NCBI GenBank assembly: GCA_965205015.1 | Contig: OZ242029.1 | Coordinates: forward strand, 3,200,001-3,264,000 | Source of the DNA: Candidatus Poribacteria bacterium | GTDB taxonomy: Bacteria; Poribacteria; WGA-4E; WGA-3G | Length of the DNA: 64,000 nucleotides | Direction: 5' to 3' | Shown here: positions 59,264-64,000 of the stretch, piece after piece | Numbering within the stretch: the first letter of the stretch is position 1 | How the letters are laid out: the number at the start of each line of letters is the position of its first letter | Notes under the pieces: model-generated | What the model saw: only the letters and a program-made list of their open reading frames with translations | The model's database searches: none | What the model was told of the DNA's origin: nothing | Made by a program: the position numbers and the translations under genes

Positions 59264-59905
59264 TTAATGTTTCCAGAAGAGCGTAACAACACCCGCGATC
59301 ATCAAAGCAATAGACCATAATAGATCCATGTTAAACCATGCTTTGCGGAGCAGCGCAAGTCCCACCACCTCATAAACGATAATTGCTACAATCCCCATCA
59401 CGACGAAGAAACTGAGCGTATGCACGCCAACTGCGGATAATAACATCGTCGCGTTATGTGCCATGCTTGCAGGGGCGTGGTGCATGTGTGCGGATGCCTC
59501 GGCGGCAGGCATGCGTAAGAGCAGCGGTGCCAGCATCAAACCCGCCCCGTGTGCGGATGCCATCAAGAAGGACCAAATCGTTAAGTCTTTGAAGTTAACA
59601 CGCATCCCGACCCATTTCGGATGCCGCGCTCGGAAAAACTTGTATACGCCAAAACCGAACAACACAGTTGCACAAGCGATACGAAGCACGCCTTCCGGGA
59701 GTTGTTGCTGTGCCAAGGCAATGACGAAGACCACAACTGCGATGGATATTGCGTGTCCGAGTGCCATCGGGAAGAGTGCCCCGATAACGGCGCTTCTCCG
59801 CTTTTCTTGCATGCCCAATGCGACAGCAAAAAGCCATCCCATCCCCGGATTAATACCGTGAAATACGCCGAGGAGCGTATAGCTTAACCATGAAACAGTG
59901 TCCAT
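59264..59905 (-). CDS. His-containing membrane protein downstream of SBP56
   Basis: LG.FHGINPGMGWLFAVA, WSFLMASAHGAGLML; about 6 hydrophobic segments. Confidence 0.75.
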   Translation of the reverse strand: MDTVSWLSYTLLGVFHGINPGMGWLFAVALGMQEKRRSAVIGALFPMALGHAISIAVVVFVIALAQQQLPEGVLRIACATVLFGFGVYKFFRARHPKWVGMRVNFKDLTIWSFLMASAHGAGLMLAPLLLRMPAAEASAHMHHAPASMAHNATMLLSAVGVHTLSFFVVMGIVAIIVYEVVGLALLRKAWFNMDLLWSIALMIAGVVTLFWKH

Positions 59906-60051
59906 AAAAATATATCTTTCCAGTGATAATATAAGGGTGCTACAAGAAAACTTGCGCACCCTATTTTTAAACGGTATTGTAGTGACGTGCGCCCTTCGGG
60001 AACGAGATTGAAAATCTCCCCAGGGCCCCCATCAGGAATACCATTCGATTC

Positions 60052-61443
60052 TTATGCGTAGCAAAAAGTATCGGAAGAACTATCTCCGCCCTGCAACCGA
60101 ATCTGATGGGCGCGACTCTCGCCGAAGTCTACAAAGAAGTCGGGATCCAGTTCCAATCCGCCGTCTTCTCCGTTCACATCCGCCTTCACCATCCATCCGT
60201 TTGCGCCCTCTGGGTAGAACTGATTATCCCAGGCAACATAGAGAGAATTCGTGAAATAGAGGCGTTTGCCATCGCGACTCAATTCAACCATCTGGGGACC
60301 GCCACTGACGGGTCCAGCAGCCGGGTGTGGATGCGATTTTGTAATCCCGCCGATTTCGAGCGTACCTGTATGCTTGGGATTAAACGGGTCGGATACATCG
60401 TATTGTAACATCTCTCCGGTCCCCCAGCAAGAGACGTACAAAAACCGGTCATCCAGCGAGAGGATGTGATCGGTGACAAGCGGCGGTATCATCCCGATAT
60501 CTTTCAGGGCAGGCGGTAAATCATCCGGATTTTCAGGTGCCTGTGCGGGAATATCAATAATCTTTTGAATCCCCCAACCATCGCCGTCTTTGTACCACGT
60601 CCAAATCGAACTGGAGAGGTCATTCATATTCAGCACGGCATTGACGAATCCATAGGCTTTGGTGGGATCGTGTGCGGGCCGCAGTTCTAAGATCATCTGG
60701 TAATCATCGCCCAAGTCCAAGGTTTGGATGTTTTTCCGATGCCGGATGTCCCAGATATGAATCTTATGACCGAATTTGCGCGCCCCTAAATCTTCGAGGC
60801 TCACTCCGTTTTCGATCATCGCTGGTGTGCCCCACTCACTGGTAACGGCAATGTCGTACCCCAAGTGCCACCAGAAATCGTAAGAGAGGGATTGAGGGCC
60901 GCGTTCCACTTCCCACTGTCCGAGGATATTGAAGTTGTAGTGGTCCATGAGGAAAATACCGCCAGGTCCTTCTTCAGAACCTGCTGAAGCCAAAGCACTG
61001 ACATAAATGCCTTCGGGACCACAATGGACTGTATGCGGACGGGTATATCCGGAACGCGACTCAACTTCACTGGCATCCAACGTTTTAATGAGTTTCGGTG
61101 CCTTTGGGTTTTCCTTGACATCAAGGATATAGATATGAGAACCGCGCAGTGCTGGCACAACGAGGTAACGCCGTTCTACATAGGGGTGGGGTGCGTAGGG
61201 GCAGAGTGCTGCACTACAAGCATTCCAACCGAAGTGGTGGATTTCATCACGAACACCGAGTTCCAGCCTGTGGACCATCTGGCCGTAGGTATCGGACGCT
61301 TTGTTGAGGTCAACCACACACATAGCGTCGGGGTTGCCGTCATCTCTCGGTGCAGCGACATAGGCAACATCTTCAATTGGTGCCTCAATCGCCATCTTTG
61401 GGGATGGATAAAAGGTCGGATCGGGTCTCCACTGTTGTAACAA
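60052..61443 (-). CDS. Selenium-binding protein SBP56/SELENBP1 family (probable methanethiol oxidase)
   Basis: DEIHHFGWNACS, RPHTVHC, YDFWW, TSEWG, LELRP, GGPQM..LS.DGKRLY.T.SLY..WD.QFYP, GGD.SSD. Confidence 0.9.
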   Translation of the reverse strand: MLQQWRPDPTFYPSPKMAIEAPIEDVAYVAAPRDDGNPDAMCVVDLNKASDTYGQMVHRLELGVRDEIHHFGWNACSAALCPYAPHPYVERRYLVVPALRGSHIYILDVKENPKAPKLIKTLDASEVESRSGYTRPHTVHCGPEGIYVSALASAGSEEGPGGIFLMDHYNFNILGQWEVERGPQSLSYDFWWHLGYDIAVTSEWGTPAMIENGVSLEDLGARKFGHKIHIWDIRHRKNIQTLDLGDDYQMILELRPAHDPTKAYGFVNAVLNMNDLSSSIWTWYKDGDGWGIQKIIDIPAQAPENPDDLPPALKDIGMIPPLVTDHILSLDDRFLYVSCWGTGEMLQYDVSDPFNPKHTGTLEIGGITKSHPHPAAGPVSGGPQMVELSRDGKRLYFTNSLYVAWDNQFYPEGANGWMVKADVNGEDGGLELDPDFFVDFGESRAHQIRLQGGDSSSDTFCYA

Positions 61444-61477
61444 AGTTATTTCTCCTTTTTAAGGGTTGTTGATTATT

Positions 61478-61761
61478 GGAAGTCGATAGCGTCAACGCCC
61501 TTTTCGTTGCTATCCGTTGATTGGTACATTTTGGCATGGGCAACTTGCGATACATCTCCGAGATGGCGAAGCAATTGCATCCTGTTATACGTTGCTCCAT
61601 ATAAGTTTATCAAATTAGGGTTCCCCTTTCTGGTGCAGCTTGGTAATTTAGATTCAACGGTATTGCTTTCAAGGCTGTATAAGAAGATGGCTTGAACTTT
61701 CTGTATTCTGTTTCTAAAACGGAATTATAGCACGCATCGAAAAAAAAGCAAGTTTTTCGTT
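61478..61761 (-). repeat. Direct repeat copy 2: displaced promoter plus a 46-aa 5' fragment of the DUF4432 gene (61613-61473)
   Basis: Open frame LINLYGATYNRMQLLRHLGDVSQVAHAKMYQSTDSNEKGVDAIDFQ*; promoter TTGCTT-16-TATAAT with TG extension retained. Confidence 0.88.
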
Positions 61762-61894
61762 ATCGCATTCAGAGTCGTTTAGTTGTCCGTTTTCGCGCTG
61801 ATAGCACTGAATTTTCGATTGTTTCTGTTTCAGTTCTGTGCTATTCTTAATATTGGTGAGTTTTTATTTTCAAAAGAAAGGAGAGTGGACTTTT

Positions 61895-62149
61895 ATGATC
61901 GATTTACCCGATATAGTGCCAGACGCTGTTTTCGATTTAGAGGAACTCAGTTGTGGCGACCTGATTATCGCATTACTCAAATCGATGCGCTCTCTTAAAC
62001 CTGGACAAGTCGCACAAATCCGCGCAGTGGACCCAGGGGCACCTGTGGACATCGCGGCATGGTGTAACATGAAAGGCAACGAACTGCTCGCAGATTGTTG
62101 TGGAGCGGAGAGTGCCTATTTTTATATTAAGAGAGGAAACAATTCCTAA
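61895..62149 (+). CDS. TusA/SirA-like sulfur carrier protein
   Basis: DL.ELSCGDL, DPGAPVDIAAWC...GNEL; SD AAGGAG before ATG 61895. Confidence 0.8.
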   Translation: MIDLPDIVPDAVFDLEELSCGDLIIALLKSMRSLKPGQVAQIRAVDPGAPVDIAAWCNMKGNELLADCCGAESAYFYIKRGNNS

Positions 62150-62508
62150 TGGCTAAACTGATGATCAGCATCACACACGCGAAGGATAACACGGACAAAG
62201 CGACTGTTGGTTTTGTGGTCGCAAACGCCTCCGTTGCATCTGGCGTGGAAACGGTTGTATTTCTCAGCACAGAGGGGGTACACCTTTCACAAGACGGTTA
62301 TGCGAATGATATTCACGAAGAAGGGTTCGCACCGTTACAGCAGCTCATGTCAGATTTCGCCGAAGTCGGTGGGATAATCTGGGTCTGTTCCCCGTGCTTT
62401 AAAAAGCGCAGCCTTGATGAAGACAACCTTGTTGATAGTGCCACAATTGTCGGCGGCGCAAAAGCCGTTGAATTTCTGACCACGGGTGGCTCGTGTATCA
62501 GTTACTGA
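62149..62508 (+). CDS. DsrE/DsrF-like protein
   Basis: KATVGFVVA, VFLSTEGV, WVCSPC.KKR, IVGG. Confidence 0.82.
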   Translation: MAKLMISITHAKDNTDKATVGFVVANASVASGVETVVFLSTEGVHLSQDGYANDIHEEGFAPLQQLMSDFAEVGGIIWVCSPCFKKRSLDEDNLVDSATIVGGAKAVEFLTTGGSCISY

Positions 62509-62514
62509 TCTTGG

Positions 62515-62925
62515 GTGAAGGACTTCCTACCTACTGAGGTAGAAACTTCCTTATGGGATGGGTTTCATCCCAAATTGGATAGAGCTTCTAACACGAGCTT
62601 GCGAGTTATGTCAAGATGCTGAAAAGCCGAGCCTGCTCCGTGTGAGCAGACGGTATTTTCTGCGAAATATAGACGCGTAGGCAACACTCTCAAGCCTAAA
62701 ATCTCAAGTGAAAATTTCCTGTCATCGTGGAGCGGTTTGTGAAAACCTATGCATCGAATCTCTCATAGGCACTGTTTCCTGTGGCAGGATCTCGCTTGTG
62801 ATACCTCGTCTAACTCGTAACCTAATAGGATTCATGAGTCCGCGTGCGCTAAAAACCTCTTGAAATCATTCCAACGATTTTACCTTTATAATAACATTAT
62901 ACCCTTTATAACATTATACCCTTTC
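62515..62925 (+). mobile_element. Non-autonomous IS200/IS605-type remnant with HEARO/omega-RNA-like noncoding stretch
   Basis: End hairpin GTGAAGGACTTCCTACCTACTGAGGTAGAAACTTCC, several downstream stems, no ORF, ATAACATTATACCCTT x2 at the far end. Confidence 0.5.
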
Positions 62926-62938
62926 AGCGGAAAACACC

Positions 62939-63679
62939 ATGAGAGAAGAAGATTTACAAGCACCTGATATCCTTCAGACATCCCATATATGCGAAGGTGG
63001 AAACCTTGACTGTGGTTCCGGTTTATTGCTGCTTATTCGCAAATCCATGGAAACAGTACCCGACGGTGAGATTTTAGAAATCCGTAGCACGGAAATTAGC
63101 GTTAAAGAGGACCTCCCCGCATGGTGTAGGATGACACAAAATCCGTATCTTGGATGGCGGCCTGCAGCCGAACACAATAAATACTTCGTGCAGCGCGGTG
63201 AAGCCGCACAGGATGCAGACATCGCCTACGAGCAGGCGCGAGACTACCGGTGGCAAACACGCATTCATTGGGATGGCGGGATGCAGACAAAGGTCTTCTG
63301 CCGAAACCATTCCTGGCCGGTGGGACAGCCTGCCAGCTTTGATGTACGGGATACAGCACCGAGCGCCGTAGAGTATGTCCTCGGCGCGCTTGGATCCTGT
63401 TTGGCGATGGGATTTCAGATTCGAGCATCGCAGCAGCAGGTAGAGATTGAAGAACTCGAGATTACGTTAAGCGGACAGATTGACAATATCTTTGTCTTTC
63501 TCGGCACGGAACAAGGCGGACATAGCGGTTTCAAGGAAATCAGTGGGACACTCTATGTTGCATCAGACGCCGATGATGAAGTTTTGGAGTCGCTTTGGGC
63601 GGAGACACTGACGGCTTCACCTGTGACGAATACACTCACACAAGATGTTAATATTGATGTTGATCTGCGTGTAATTTAA
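62939..63679 (+). CDS. TusA-like domain fused to an OsmC/Ohr-like domain
   Basis: GGNLDCGSGLLL...EDLPAWC (TusA-like); PSAVEYVLGALGSCL...SPV..TL (OsmC, one Cys). Confidence 0.8.
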   Translation: MREEDLQAPDILQTSHICEGGNLDCGSGLLLLIRKSMETVPDGEILEIRSTEISVKEDLPAWCRMTQNPYLGWRPAAEHNKYFVQRGEAAQDADIAYEQARDYRWQTRIHWDGGMQTKVFCRNHSWPVGQPASFDVRDTAPSAVEYVLGALGSCLAMGFQIRASQQQVEIEELEITLSGQIDNIFVFLGTEQGGHSGFKEISGTLYVASDADDEVLESLWAETLTASPVTNTLTQDVNIDVDLRVI

Positions 63680-63693
63680 AAGAAGGGATCCCG

Positions 63694-64000
63694 ATGATTG
63701 AAACCGTGAAGCGCGAAATTGAGCGGATTGTTGAACAGGCGTGTGCCGCGGATACCAATATCTTCGGCTACGATATTTGGACGCACCATATCCTACCAGT
63801 CGTTCAAAACGCGAAACAACTTGCCCCACGTTTTGATGCTGATCCTGAGATTATGGAGTTTGCGGCATTACTCCATGATTATGCCAGTATCAAGGACAAA
63901 GCACTCTATGCCGACCATCATATTCACGGTCCCATTGAAGCGGAGAAACTTCTCAAGCGTTTTGGCTATCCACAAGAAAAAACGGAAGCCGTCAAGGAGG
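63694..64000 (+). CDS. HD-domain protein (runs off the window)
   Basis: WTHHI...AALLHDY...HH.HG. Confidence 0.75.
   Translation, partial: MIETVKREIERIVEQACAADTNIFGYDIWTHHILPVVQNAKQLAPRFDADPEIMEFAALLHDYASIKDKALYADHHIHGPIEAEKLLKRFGYPQEKTEAVKE

Noticed and set aside
60052-61443. Canonical periplasmic mtoX cluster
   Set aside because: No signal peptide and no mauG or SCO1 neighbours; the sequence fits the SELENBP1-like cytoplasmic type.

Overview
Bacterial chromosomal window with most genes on the minus strand and no rRNA, tRNA or CRISPR array. The host is probably Candidatus Poribacteria or a related marine or sponge-associated lineage. This is inferred from secreted proteins ending in a 'KLAxxWxx(L/I)K' tail, WD40, FG-GAP and DUF1549 proteins, a sulfatase and the repeat families. 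The housekeeping backbone comprises ilvB-ilvN-ilvC under a complete T-box riboswitch (probable Val specifier), sodA, an AddB-like nuclease, metG, holB, tmk, pgl, thiolase, ilvD, a membrane pyrophosphatase, folC, glyA, ggt and accA. Highlights: (1) a dispersed 'CGAACCGCAAGGAAAATTAAAAAATG' element that supplies the SD and start codon of several unrelated genes; (2) a tandemly duplicated beta-barrel plus variable-lipoprotein cassette; (3) organosulfur genes, namely a DddK/DddW-like cupin, a BCCT transporter with porin, and a SELENBP1-type methanethiol oxidase facing TusA, DsrE and TusA-OsmC; (4) a REP-bounded Mrr + RAYT remnant + HicAB islet; (5) a ~5 kb TA-rich segment bounded by a ~285 bp duplication of a promoter and gene 5' end; (6) a Gp49-like toxin interrupted by a TGA; (7) an orphan IS200/IS605-type end followed by a HEARO/omega-RNA-like noncoding stretch. 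All protein calls come from motif recognition by eye; no database searches were run.
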